Assembly (NCBI GenBank): GCA_965199495.1
Contig: CBDASK010000003.1
Span: forward strand, 3,712,001 to 3,776,000
DNA length: 64,000 nucleotides
DNA from: Abditibacterium sp.
GTDB taxonomy: Bacteria > Armatimonadota > Abditibacteriia > Abditibacteriales > Abditibacteriaceae
Reading direction: 5' to 3'
Numbering within the stretch: the stretch's first letter is position 1; every line of letters begins with the position of its first letter. Shown here one piece after another: positions 28,758 to 38,945 of the stretch. A program made the position numbers and the translations under genes. The notes under the pieces are model-generated. The model was not told where the DNA came from and did no database searches. It was given only the letters and a program-made list of their open reading frames with translations.

Positions 28758-31421
28758 TTACTGCGACAACGCCGCTTGCGCCGCCGCCAAGCGTGCCACC
28801 GGCACGCGTTTGGGACTGCACGAAACGTAGGTTAAACCCAACGTGTTGCAGAACTTCACGCTATCGGGGTCGCCGCCCTGTTCGCCGCAGATGCCCAACT
28901 TGATGTTCGGGTTCACCTTGCGCGCGTCGTCCACGCAAATCTGCATCAGGCGACCGACGCCGGTTGTGTCAATCGAAACCGTCGGGTCTTCTTTGTAGAT
29001 TTCCTGCGCGATGTAGGGCATCAGGAACGGGCCAGCGTCGTCGCGGCTCATGCCAAACGTCATCTGCGTCAGGTCGTTGGTGCCGAAGCTGAAGAACTCG
29101 GCTTCGTCAGCGATTTCGCCCGCCGTCAGACAGGCGCGCGGAATCTCGATCATGGTGCCGAACTTATACGGCACTTGCTGGCCTTCTTTGTCCGCCGTCT
29201 CTTTAGCAACGCGCTCCAACTGGGTCTTGATGACCTTCAGTTCGTTGACGTGGCCGATCAGGGGAATCATGATTTCGGGCTGAACATCGATGCCCTCGGC
29301 CTTGACCTGCGCCGCCGCGCCGACGATGGCCGCGACCTGCATCTCGACGATGCCGGGGAACACGATGCTCAAACGCACGCCGCGCAGACCCAACATCGGG
29401 TTTTGCTCGTGCAGTTCGCGCACTTTGTCGAGCAGCGTGGACTTCTCTTCGTCCACCAAACCTTTGGAATCCAAAACCGCCATTTCGCGCTCCAGCTCGA
29501 TCTGATTGGGCAAGAACTCGTGCAACGGCGGGTCGATCAAACGCACGGTGACGGGTTTGCCGTCCATCGCGCGGAAGATGCCGACGAAGTCCTCGCGCTG
29601 AATCGGCAACAGCTCGTCCAACGCTTTCTGGCGATCTTCGTCGTCCGCCGCCAAAACCATGCGGCGCACGATCGGCAGACGATCCTCTTCCAAAAACATG
29701 TGCTCGGTGCGGCACAAACCGATGCCTTCGGCGCCCAGTCCAATAGCTTCCTCCGCCTGTTCGGGCGTGTCGGCGTTGGCGCGCACGCCCATCGTGCGGA
29801 ACTCGTCCACCCAGCCCATCAAGGTGCCAAAATCGCCGCTCTGTCCCGCCGGTTCGACTTCGAGTTGGCCCTGATAAACGATGCCCTCGGTGCCGTCAAT
29901 GGTGATCCAGTCGCCCTCTTTGATGACCGTCCCATCGGGCGTCGAGAACTCGGTCGCGTGATGACCGCTCAACTTCATATCCGAGCAACCGCAGATCGTC
30001 GGAATGCCGAACTGACGCGCGACCAGGGCGGCGTGGCTGGTGCGTCCGCCGCGACTGGTCAAAACGCCCTGCGCCGCCAGCATGCCCTTCAGATCGTCGG
30101 GCGTAGTTTCCTGCGTGCACATGATGACCGGCTTTTCCTGCCCGCCCTTGCCCAGCTCCGCCGCTTTCTCCGACGAGAAAACCGCGATGCCGACCGCTCC
30201 GCCCGGCCCCGCGTTCAAGCCTTTGGCGATGACTTTACCTGAAGCGGTATTCTTCAAACGCGGGTGCAGCGCCTGTTCCAGACCACCGGCGGGCACGCGC
30301 ATGACGGCCTCTTCTTTGGAAATGAAACCGTCATTCACCATTTCGACGGCGATGCGAATCGCGGCGGTGCCGGTGCGCTTGCCGCTGCGACATTGCAGGA
30401 TGAACAGCTTGTTCTTCTCGATGGTGAACTCGATGTCCTGCATATCCTTATAGTGATCTTCCAGGCGCAAAGCGTTGGCGATCAGCTCGTCGTAAATCGC
30501 CTTGTTATCGCGTTCGAGTTCGGCGATTTCTTTGGGCGTGCGCACACCAGCCACGACGTCTTCGCCCTGCGCGTTGGCCAGGTATTCGCCGTAAATCACG
30601 TTCTCGCCGGTCGCCGCGTTGCGCGTGAACATCACGCCGCTTCCGGAATCTTCGCCCATGTTGCCAAAGACCATCGCCTGCACGTTGACGGCAGTGCCAA
30701 TCGAGTGCGAAATCTTCTCTTTGTTGCGATAAATGATGGCGCGCGGGTTGTTCCACGAACGGAAAACGGCGGTAATCGAAGTCTCCAACTGCTCATACGG
30801 ATCGGACGGAAACTCGCGCCCGGTCTGTTCTTTAAAGAACTCTTTGTATTTGACGCACAATGCTTTCCACTCGTCGCCGGTCACGTCGGTGTCCTCTTCT
30901 TTGCCGAGCGATTGTTTGTGTTCGGTCAGCATCTGCTCGAAACCTTCTTTGCTCAGACCGGGATAATCGGCTTTGAGCGTGATGTCCGAAAACATCATGA
31001 TAAAGCGGCGATACGAATCGTAGGCGAAACGCGTGTTGCCGCCCGCCGTGGCTGCTAAGCCTTCGACCGATTCGTCGTTGAGGCCTAAGTTCAAAACCGT
31101 GTCCATCATGCCGGGCAGGGAAAACTTGGCGCCCGAACGAACCGAAAAGAGCAGGGGATTGGACGGATCGCCGAACTTGCGGCCCATTTGGTTTTCGACA
31201 TCGGCGACGGCTTGTTTCACGTCGTCCATCAAACCGGCGGGGATTTGTTTGTTGTTGGCGTAATACTGCGTGCAGACTTCGGTTGTGACGGTGAAGCCGG
31301 GAGGCACGGGCAGACCGATATTGGTCATTTCGGCGAGGTTGGCGCCTTTGCCGCCGAGCAGGTCGCGCAGAGATTTGTCGCCTTCGCGGAAGAGCCAGAC
31401 GCTTTTATGTTGATTTTCCAT
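28758..31421 (-). CDS. ppdK: Pyruvate, phosphate dikinase
   Basis: LLGGKGANLAEM, SVRSGA, GGRTSHAALVAR, GLCRTEHMF, FSFGTNDLTQ; start at MENQHK. Confidence 0.96.
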   Translation of the reverse strand: MENQHKSVWLFREGDKSLRDLLGGKGANLAEMTNIGLPVPPGFTVTTEVCTQYYANNKQIPAGLMDDVKQAVADVENQMGRKFGDPSNPLLFSVRSGAKFSLPGMMDTVLNLGLNDESVEGLAATAGGNTRFAYDSYRRFIMMFSDITLKADYPGLSKEGFEQMLTEHKQSLGKEEDTDVTGDEWKALCVKYKEFFKEQTGREFPSDPYEQLETSITAVFRSWNNPRAIIYRNKEKISHSIGTAVNVQAMVFGNMGEDSGSGVMFTRNAATGENVIYGEYLANAQGEDVVAGVRTPKEIAELERDNKAIYDELIANALRLEDHYKDMQDIEFTIEKNKLFILQCRSGKRTGTAAIRIAVEMVNDGFISKEEAVMRVPAGGLEQALHPRLKNTASGKVIAKGLNAGPGGAVGIAVFSSEKAAELGKGGQEKPVIMCTQETTPDDLKGMLAAQGVLTSRGGRTSHAALVARQFGIPTICGCSDMKLSGHHATEFSTPDGTVIKEGDWITIDGTEGIVYQGQLEVEPAGQSGDFGTLMGWVDEFRTMGVRANADTPEQAEEAIGLGAEGIGLCRTEHMFLEEDRLPIVRRMVLAADDEDRQKALDELLPIQREDFVGIFRAMDGKPVTVRLIDPPLHEFLPNQIELEREMAVLDSKGLVDEEKSTLLDKVRELHEQNPMLGLRGVRLSIVFPGIVEMQVAAIVGAAAQVKAEGIDVQPEIMIPLIGHVNELKVIKTQLERVAKETADKEGQQVPYKFGTMIEIPRACLTAGEIADEAEFFSFGTNDLTQMTFGMSRDDAGPFLMPYIAQEIYKEDPTVSIDTTGVGRLMQICVDDARKVNPNIKLGICGEQGGDPDSVKFCNTLGLTYVSCSPKRVPVARLAAAQAALSQ

Positions 31422-31852
31422 GTTATGTTGAGGATTTCCTGTTGGTGGGGATTCCATATAAAGGATAGCAAACGCGCGTTTAGGCGGGCAATAAATGAGT
31501 GCGCATCGGCGCGAGAAGTCAAATATTAAGGCGTGTTGAGCGAACAACGATGTATTTTTACGCTTGTTGCTGAAGTTCTTTGGGTGAAGGATCAACCAAT
31601 TCTCCAGATTTTTGTGGGGTAAAACAGAGTTTATGAATTCATAAAAATAAAATTTCAAATTCATAAAAATTCTCTTGATTTCTGCTGAAGAAATCATATA
31701 AGATGAATTTGCCTGTTGCCGCCGAGCCTTTGCGTGCGATTGTTGTGGTGCAATCATCGGCATCAAGAGTGGCGCTGGCTTATGTATCGCCGCAGTTTTG
31801 ATCCGCTCTGTCGTTGCGTTGCGCGCGGGCGAAAACAGGAGAACTCATTTAC

Positions 31853-34291
31853 ATGAAACAACTTTCTTTGCGAGTGATGATGTGCGCGCTGATGGTCGCG
31901 CTGTGGACTTCGGGCGCGCGCGCCGATGGCTTGGTCAAGTCGGTGAATTTTGCTTTGACGCCCAATCCTATGAGTAGTTCGTGTGCGACCGCTTACGGTT
32001 CTGCAACTGGACCTACCGCAAACCTTAAGGGCGGGCAACTCGTAGGCAACTCGTTGACGCTTTCATCAGCTCTTAGGAGAAGCTCGACAGTCTCGACAGT
32101 AATGAATAGTCTTCCTGCCCTTGTTGACACGCTTGGTCCGCAGTCTCCTAGGCCGCAAATTCCTATTCCGCGTGGGTCGCTTGAACCGCTTGTGCCGCTT
32201 GCGCCGTATATGCCTTATGTGCCGCTTGAACCACCTTCTAGTCCTACGACTCAGAGTTGCATTATCGCTCTGACAGGGAGTCAAACCATCGCTGAGGGCG
32301 ACGTGTTTATGGTGGGAAGCACAGTTCCTTCGGCCAATTTCACCATCATTCAGATATACCCAACATCGAGGGTGACGTGGACGGCGGTAAGTGGTCAGGT
32401 GCGCGTGGTATCCAAATCGGCGTCCGCGCTCACTCTGCAACTGACCGATGTTGTCGTGCCAGGATCATCGTCAAACCGCACGACTTTCAACGGCACCATC
32501 ACGGCGACGTTTGCGACTTCCAACAGCGCGCCTGCCGACATCGCGCTGTCTAAAGCCAGCGTCTTGGAGAAGCAGGCGGTGGGCACGACGGTCGGCACAT
32601 TGTCGGCCACCGATTCCGATGCGGGCGACACTTTCACCTACGCTCTGGCGGCGGGCGAAGGCGATGATGATAACGCTTCGTTTGCCATCAGCGACAATGC
32701 GCTCAAGACGGCAGAGGTCTTCGATGCCGCGACCAAAAGCTCGTATTCGATTCGCGTGCGCGTCACCGATGCGGCGGGCGCGACGTTTGAGAAAGCGTTC
32801 GTGATCACCGTCATGCGAGAGAACCATGCACCCTCTTTAAGCAACGCGATTTTCGACGCCACGGCAAACACGGCGTTCTCGCAACAACTCGCGGGCACCG
32901 ACGCCGATGGTGATGCGCTGACTTATCGCGTGACGGCGGGCAATTTGCCATTTGGTCTGACGCTTTCGGAGCAGGGATTGCTCGCGGGCACTCCGGTAAT
33001 AGATGGTTCACCTGTTGCCACCATTGAGGTTGCCGATGGCAATGGCGGAACTGGCACAGCGCAAATTACAATTATCGTGAAAGCGGCGGTTGTTCCGCCG
33101 ACTTTAGCGCCAACTCTTACGCCGGTTTCGCCCAAGACCAACGACACGTTGACCGTCGCGCCCAACGGCGATGCGGCATCTTACGCTTACCTTTGGAAGA
33201 AAAACGGCGTCGTTATCTCCGGCGAAAGTGGCGCAACACTCAATCTCGCCAAAGCTGGTAACGGTGGCAAAGACGATGTCATCACCTGCGAAGTGACAGC
33301 GACTAATGCGGGCGGCGCATCAGCCACGGCGACGGCACAGGTGACTGTTGCCAACTCGGCGCCCATCGCTATCAGCAGCAAAGGCGAAGTTGACGCCGAC
33401 ACCGAAAAGGCGTTCGTGCTCAACGCCTTGGACGCCGATGGCGATGCGCTCACTTACAAACGCGTCGGTGGCCCGCGCAACGGCGTGACGGCAGATATTC
33501 GCATTGACCCGACCGATGGCAAAACCAAACTGTTCTATAAAAGCCGCAAGTTTTATGGCGGCGTAGACATCATTCGCTTTGTGGTGTTCGACAGCAGCAA
33601 CAAACAATCGAACGAATCCACGCTGGGCATCAACGTGCTTTACACGCCGCCACCGCCCACCAACCGCGCGCCGATTGCGGGCGATACCAACATTGATACT
33701 TACGTCAATACTACGGTCGTCAAAGGCTTGCTCGGCTCCGATCCCGATGGCGACGCGATTACTTTTCGCATCGTGGGTAACGCCAAATACGGCCAGAGCG
33801 AAATCAAGCGCGATAACGATGAGCAATTCAAGCTGTTCTACACCAGTCTCAATCGCTTCTACGGCGACGACCGCGTGACGTATATCGTCACCGACAGTCG
33901 CGGCAAAGAATCGAATTTGGCGACGGTGAACATTCACTTTACCAATCGCGCGCCCCTCGCACAGGGCAATCGCATCGGCGTGGCTTCGGGCGCGCTGGTG
34001 TCGCAATATCTATTCGGGACGGACGAAGATGGCGACGCTTTGACGTTCCGCTTGGTCAACAATCCGCGCTATGGCAAGGGCGAAGTCAAGCTCGACCCGC
34101 AGGGCAAATGGCGGTTTTACTACACGTCGTTGCCGGGCTATGTTGGGCCAGATCAAATTACGTTTATCGCGATTGACCCGATGGGCAAAGAATCATCGGT
34201 TGCGGCCATTGATATTAACGTCGTGCGCGTTGGCGGTTCGGCGTCGGGCGCCTTGCAGCGCGGCGTGGCTCCTTCGAGCGGCGCTTCGTAA
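31853..34291 (+). CDS. Secreted cadherin/Ig-like repeat surface protein
   Basis: Signal peptide, cadherin repeat (LSATDSDAGDTFTY), putative Ig and tandem NxAP...DADGDALT repeats. Confidence 0.85.
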   Translation: MKQLSLRVMMCALMVALWTSGARADGLVKSVNFALTPNPMSSSCATAYGSATGPTANLKGGQLVGNSLTLSSALRRSSTVSTVMNSLPALVDTLGPQSPRPQIPIPRGSLEPLVPLAPYMPYVPLEPPSSPTTQSCIIALTGSQTIAEGDVFMVGSTVPSANFTIIQIYPTSRVTWTAVSGQVRVVSKSASALTLQLTDVVVPGSSSNRTTFNGTITATFATSNSAPADIALSKASVLEKQAVGTTVGTLSATDSDAGDTFTYALAAGEGDDDNASFAISDNALKTAEVFDAATKSSYSIRVRVTDAAGATFEKAFVITVMRENHAPSLSNAIFDATANTAFSQQLAGTDADGDALTYRVTAGNLPFGLTLSEQGLLAGTPVIDGSPVATIEVADGNGGTGTAQITIIVKAAVVPPTLAPTLTPVSPKTNDTLTVAPNGDAASYAYLWKKNGVVISGESGATLNLAKAGNGGKDDVITCEVTATNAGGASATATAQVTVANSAPIAISSKGEVDADTEKAFVLNALDADGDALTYKRVGGPRNGVTADIRIDPTDGKTKLFYKSRKFYGGVDIIRFVVFDSSNKQSNESTLGINVLYTPPPPTNRAPIAGDTNIDTYVNTTVVKGLLGSDPDGDAITFRIVGNAKYGQSEIKRDNDEQFKLFYTSLNRFYGDDRVTYIVTDSRGKESNLATVNIHFTNRAPLAQGNRIGVASGALVSQYLFGTDEDGDALTFRLVNNPRYGKGEVKLDPQGKWRFYYTSLPGYVGPDQITFIAIDPMGKESSVAAIDINVVRVGGSASGALQRGVAPSSGAS

Positions 34292-34306
34292 ATCAGTAAT
34301 AAATAG

Positions 34307-34440
34307 AAAGGGGGCGACTCAGTTGAGTCGCTCCCTTTTGTTTCTGTTGCATCCTCATTTAAAGTTTTATCGTTGGCGTAAAACGCGTTTTTACACTAAA
34401 ACAAAAACAGCCGCCAACTGAAATTCACTTGGCGGCTGTT
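34307..34440. terminator. Two terminator hairpins between convergent genes
   Basis: AAAGGGGGCGACTC-agtt-GAGTCGCTCCCTTTT and AACAGCCGCCAA...TTGGCGGCTGTT. Confidence 0.6.
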
Positions 34441-34454
34441 TCGTTCGGCGAAAA

Positions 34455-35798
34455 CTAATTTTTAATTTCGATGGTGCGGCGTTCGATGTCGGCGCCCAAG
34501 CTTTTGAATTTGCCGACGATGTCCACGTAACCCCGGTCAATATAATGAATCTTGGAGACGCGCGTTTCGCCCTCGGCGCCCAAACCGGCGATGACCAGAG
34601 CCGCGCCCGCGCGCAGGTCGCTCGAAACCACATCGGCGCCCGAAAGTTTGGGCACGCCGCGCACCGAAGCGATGTTGCCGTCGAGAGCCACGTCGCCGCC
34701 CATGCGCGTCAGTTCGGGCAGATAATTGAAGCGGCCATCGTAGAGATTTTCGTTGATCAAACTACGGCCATCCGAGCGCAGCAGCATCGCGACGAGCGGT
34801 GGCTGCAAGTCGGTGGCAAAGCCGGGAAACGGCGCGGTCGAAACGTCAATGGCGCGCAGAGTATGGCGCCGCACCGCGCGTACCCAATCGTGGCCCTGCT
34901 GAATAAAGAGGCCCGCCGCGCTCAGTTTGTCCAGAAAAACCGGCAAATGCGAAGGCGAAATGCCCTTCACCGTCACATCGCCGCCCGCCAGACCGACGGC
35001 GGACAAATAAGTTCCGGCTTCGATGCGGTCGTTGAAAACCGTGTGTTCGGCGCCGTGCAACTCTTTGACGCCTTCGATGGTGATCGTCGAAGTTCCGGCG
35101 CCGAAAACTTTGCCGCCCATCTTGTTCAAAAAGTCGGCCAGGTTGATGACTTCGGGTTCGCGCGCCGCGTTTTCGATGACGGTTTCGCCCTCGGCCAAAC
35201 AGGCCGACATCATGATGTTCACCGTCGTGCCGACGCTTGAGTTTTTCGGCTCCAGATAAATTTTGGCGCCCTCCCACGTCGGCGCGTGCGCGATCATCGC
35301 GCCGTGTTCGATGGTGATTTCGGCGCCCATCGCAGTGAAGGCGTCAATGTGGTAATTGACCGGGCGCGGCCCCAGCACACAGCCACCAGGCAGCGGCACT
35401 TCGGCGCGGCGTAATCTCGCTAAAAGCGGAGCCGCCACATAAAACGAGGCGCGCATGGCGCGAACCAGACCGTCGGGCGCGATGTGCGTGTTGAGCGTGC
35501 TGGCGTCAATCACGACGGCATCGCCTTCGCGGCGCACGCGCGCGCCCAACGATTGCAGCATCTCGCACATCAAGTTGGCATCGGAAATATCGGGCACGTT
35601 GTGCAAAACGCACTCGCCTTTGGCCGCCAAAAGCGCCGCCGTGAGAATCGGCAACGAAGAGTTTTTGGAGCCGGAGACTTCGATGGTGCCATGAAGCTCG
35701 TTGCCGCCGCGAACGGCGATAACTTCGCGGGTTTTGGGTTTGGATTCGGCGCTCGAAACTTCTGGGGTCATGGGAAGGGAAGAGATGGTTTGCGTCAT
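34455..35798 (-). CDS. murA: UDP-N-acetylglucosamine 1-carboxyvinyltransferase
   Basis: SGSKNS, MRAS, LPGGCVLGPRP, NAAREPE, DRIEAGT, DLRAGA, IDRGY; AAGGAG RBS. Confidence 0.96.
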   Translation of the reverse strand: MTQTISSLPMTPEVSSAESKPKTREVIAVRGGNELHGTIEVSGSKNSSLPILTAALLAAKGECVLHNVPDISDANLMCEMLQSLGARVRREGDAVVIDASTLNTHIAPDGLVRAMRASFYVAAPLLARLRRAEVPLPGGCVLGPRPVNYHIDAFTAMGAEITIEHGAMIAHAPTWEGAKIYLEPKNSSVGTTVNIMMSACLAEGETVIENAAREPEVINLADFLNKMGGKVFGAGTSTITIEGVKELHGAEHTVFNDRIEAGTYLSAVGLAGGDVTVKGISPSHLPVFLDKLSAAGLFIQQGHDWVRAVRRHTLRAIDVSTAPFPGFATDLQPPLVAMLLRSDGRSLINENLYDGRFNYLPELTRMGGDVALDGNIASVRGVPKLSGADVVSSDLRAGAALVIAGLGAEGETRVSKIHYIDRGYVDIVGKFKSLGADIERRTIEIKN

Positions 35799-35947
35799 GT
35801 TGGACTCCTTGGATTGGGATGTTGCTGTGATGAGAACTGCGAGGTTGTGTTGTTGGAAAGGAACGAAGGTGCAACTTTGGGTGAAACCGGCGCAAGTATA
35901 ACGGCTTTGCCGCCGTTGACCGCCTATTTTTCCCAAGTTACTTTGTG

Positions 35948-36703
35948 TCACATCATCGCGACAATCCCAAAACGCCCGGCTTTCCCGTTTTGCCCGCGAT
36001 GCGAAAAAAACAAATCGGCGTCATCTTTCGGGCAAATCTCGCTGGTTTCAATTTGCGTAACTCCGGCACCTTCCAAATCGCGCCGAATCAGCGCGCGCAA
36101 ATCGAGCAGATACTTCTCGCCGCGCGGCTCCAATACGCTTTGGTCGTCGAACATTTCGGCGACTTCCGGCCCAACTTCGAGATTGCGCGCGCACAAACAC
36201 GGCCCGACGCCCGCGCGAACGTTGGCGGCTCGCGCGCCCAATTGCACCATCCTCGCCACGGCGCCCGATGCCACGCCCGCGAGGGCGCCACGCCAGCCCG
36301 CGTGAACGACGGCCAAAACGCGCGCGTCGGGATCGAACAACAAAACCGGCGCGCAATCGGCGACCAAAATTAAGAGCGGCACGCCGCTTTGCGCCGTAAT
36401 TAACGCATCGGTCGCGGGCAACGCCGAATCCCAATCCAAAGCGCCGCGCCCGGCGTGGCTGCACTCAACGACGGCGCACTGCGCGCCGTGAACCTGTTGC
36501 GCGGCGATCAATTTTGCGGCGTCGTAACCCATCGCTGCGGCGAGGGCGCGCCGATTGCGTCGCACGGTTTCGGCCTCGTCGCCGACATGAAAACCGAGGT
36601 TGAGGCTCGCGAAATCGCCTTGAGAAAAGCCGCCTTCGCGCGTGGTGATGGCGTGACGGAAATTGGGAAGATCGGAAAGGTTGGAAAATTGGAGCAGTTG
36701 CAC
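35948..36703 (-). CDS. pgeF: Peptidoglycan editing factor / YfiH laccase-domain protein
   Basis: SLNLGFHVGD, QVHG, VADCAPVLL, VHAGWRG, FFSHR. Confidence 0.9.
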   Translation of the reverse strand: MQLLQFSNLSDLPNFRHAITTREGGFSQGDFASLNLGFHVGDEAETVRRNRRALAAAMGYDAAKLIAAQQVHGAQCAVVECSHAGRGALDWDSALPATDALITAQSGVPLLILVADCAPVLLFDPDARVLAVVHAGWRGALAGVASGAVARMVQLGARAANVRAGVGPCLCARNLEVGPEVAEMFDDQSVLEPRGEKYLLDLRALIRRDLEGAGVTQIETSEICPKDDADLFFSHRGQNGKAGRFGIVAMM

Positions 36704-36713
36704 GCCAGATATT

Positions 36714-36962
36714 TTAATCCACCTGCGCGCGCAATTCCGCGCGTTCTGCGGCGGATAAATCGTGCCAGACGCGGTTTTGCAATGCGCCTTCCAGCACATA
36801 GAGAAACACGATGTTGAGCCGCGACCGCTGGAGTTGCACCAGATCGAACGCGCCGACGCTGCCCAACTCTTCCAGTTGAGCGCGCGTCGTGACGCCGATG
36901 GAAGCCAGCGCCGCCGCGCATTTCGGCCCCAGATTGCGCATTTGCGTGATTTCGGAATTCAT
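36714..36962 (-). CDS. TfoX/Sxy C-terminal domain protein
   Basis: MRNLGPK..L..IGV...LEELGSV..F...LYVLEGAL...W. Confidence 0.8.
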   Translation of the reverse strand: MNSEITQMRNLGPKCAAALASIGVTTRAQLEELGSVGAFDLVQLQRSRLNIVFLYVLEGALQNRVWHDLSAAERAELRAQVD

Positions 36963-36966
36963 AATT

Positions 36967-37686
36967 TTATTTTCGCGTTAACTCGTTCCAGCGACTTGCC
37001 AACAAATTCGCGTATAAAACCGGCAGCAAACCGTAACAGCCCAAGGAATATCCATCGTTGACTTCGATTAACAGCGTGCGCCCATAGGCGGCTATGCCCC
37101 AGTCCATCGAACAGCCACGCGGCAGGTCATCCCACTTTTCAATGGCCGCTTCGACGGGCGCGAAGTCCACTGGCAAACGAAAATCACCTTTATAATGGCG
37201 AAAGCCGACCAATTCGCCGTTGCAGATATAGCCGCGAAACTCGCCCTGAAATTCGACGACATCCGGCCACCAAATCGGCGTTTCATCAGGTAAACCCGCC
37301 GTGCGAATCAGATCGCGATAAGCCCGCGCGACGTGGCCATCGAACAATTTACCGACGATTGGTTTGATGGAAATCGGCGATTTTTCGTCCACGATGCGCT
37401 CGCGAATTTCGCCCAAAGTTGATAGCCCGAACTCGCGACCGGCGAAATGCTCTAAGCCGCGCGGAATCGGTTCGAGTTGCGGTGGCTCTACGCCCAAACT
37501 TCTCAGCGCTCGCCAAATCGTCGGGATACCCGCGACGACCGGCGTTTGCTCGTCCAATGCGAGCGATGCGACATCGGCGGCGACGAACGGGCAGATTTCG
37601 TAGCCCAACGTTTCAAAGCCGCGAAACGCGGTGTATTCGTTGACGCCGCGAAATTGATTTTCGACCTGCTCGATGAAAACTTTCAT
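36967..37686 (-). CDS. ATP-grasp domain protein (DUF4343/R2K-like)
   Basis: IKP..KLFDG, EFRGYI, MDWG, LLIEVNDGYSLGCYG. Confidence 0.75.
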   Translation of the reverse strand: MKVFIEQVENQFRGVNEYTAFRGFETLGYEICPFVAADVASLALDEQTPVVAGIPTIWRALRSLGVEPPQLEPIPRGLEHFAGREFGLSTLGEIRERIVDEKSPISIKPIVGKLFDGHVARAYRDLIRTAGLPDETPIWWPDVVEFQGEFRGYICNGELVGFRHYKGDFRLPVDFAPVEAAIEKWDDLPRGCSMDWGIAAYGRTLLIEVNDGYSLGCYGLLPVLYANLLASRWNELTRK

Positions 37687-37710
37687 GGAGCAAATTTAAC
37701 CACAATGGCT

Positions 37711-38923
37711 TCACTCAGGTTTTGGCGCTTCGATGGCGAGCAAAGCCGCGTGCGCCACTGGCATATCGCCCGCATCCAATGCGCGGGCGAAATTGTCTAT
37801 TTTTGCTTGCTGCTGCGCAGTTGCTCGGCTGTCGGTCAACTTCAATAAACGAAGGGCCAACCGCAAATCTTTCTCGACAAACGGAAAATCGGGTTGCGCC
37901 TCGCGTCGCCAGCGCAGAACGGTTTCCAAATCGCCAAACTCCGACGACTGAGACGGCTCGATTTGTGTGCCCTCGCCCCAATCGTTCCACGTCGCGATTT
38001 GCACGAAAGGCGGACTGATTTTTAGCGCGTTTCGCAGCGATTTGCTCAAAGTCTGGCCACCGTCTGCGGGAATAATTCCGTAAGAATCGCGGACTTTGGC
38101 TTCGCCATAAATATCGTGAAAGCGCGGAAATGCCACTGGTAGGACGACTGGCCAATCCCGACTTCGCGCAGCGAAATCTTCCGTCGCTTTCACGCCTTGC
38201 GCGGGAATCGGCCAATCGAAAGCGCCATCGGCTCCCGCGCGGCGACGATGTTCGCTCAAATAAATCGACGGCGTGGCTTGTGCTTTCAGAACCTGTTCCC
38301 ATTCGATGTCGGTTAAGCCGTCGTTGCCGAACGAAAGCCACACCGGTTTGCCCTCTATAGCGCAGATAAGCCGGATTTTGAAACCAATTTTTTCCCAACC
38401 AATGCACTTCATCGGCGGCGTGTTGAACGCGAGCGTCGGCCCCAATTTTTCCGTCTTTCACCAAAATTGGAATCGTCTGGTCTTCGTAGCAGACGGCGAA
38501 TTTCATGTTCAATCGCGCCGCCGTTTGCAAAACCAGTTCGCAGTTGCGATGAATCTGAGCGTAATCGAAATGGTCGGTGCGGCCATACCAATCCACGATA
38601 ACGCCATCAATCCCGGCTAACTTCATCGTGCGCAGATGATACTCGACAATCGCTGCATCGCTCGAATCGTAAGGGCCGATGATCGGATAATAATGCGAGG
38701 CGATGGGGCGTTTGCCGTTGACGACTTGAGTTGGATCGAACGCGTTCATCGTCCAATGCCAACCATAACTTTGGCTTTGTGGCGGCGCGCTAAACCACGG
38801 CATATAGTGCGCGAGCAGCAAAGGGCGCGGCGTGACTTTGGGAGTTTCATTGGCGCGCGCCAATTGGGGCGCAAACGTCACAACCAGCAGCCACAAAAGC
38901 GCGCGAAAACGAAGCAAAAGCAT
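37711..38923 (-). pseudogene. GH99/GH71-like glycoside hydrolase interrupted by a +1 frameshift near 38360
   Basis: One frame has a signal peptide, AHYMPWF, YYPIIGPYDS, AGIDGVIVDWYG; a second frame continues IEGKPV...QIATWNDWGEGTQIEPS. Confidence 0.8.
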
Positions 38924-38945
38924 GGAGCAAGTTTGACAGAGAAAA

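Noticed and set aside
31422..31766. 115-aa N-terminal extension of PpdK in the ORF track
   Set aside because: AT-rich intergenic sequence; PpdK homology starts at MENQHKSVWLF.
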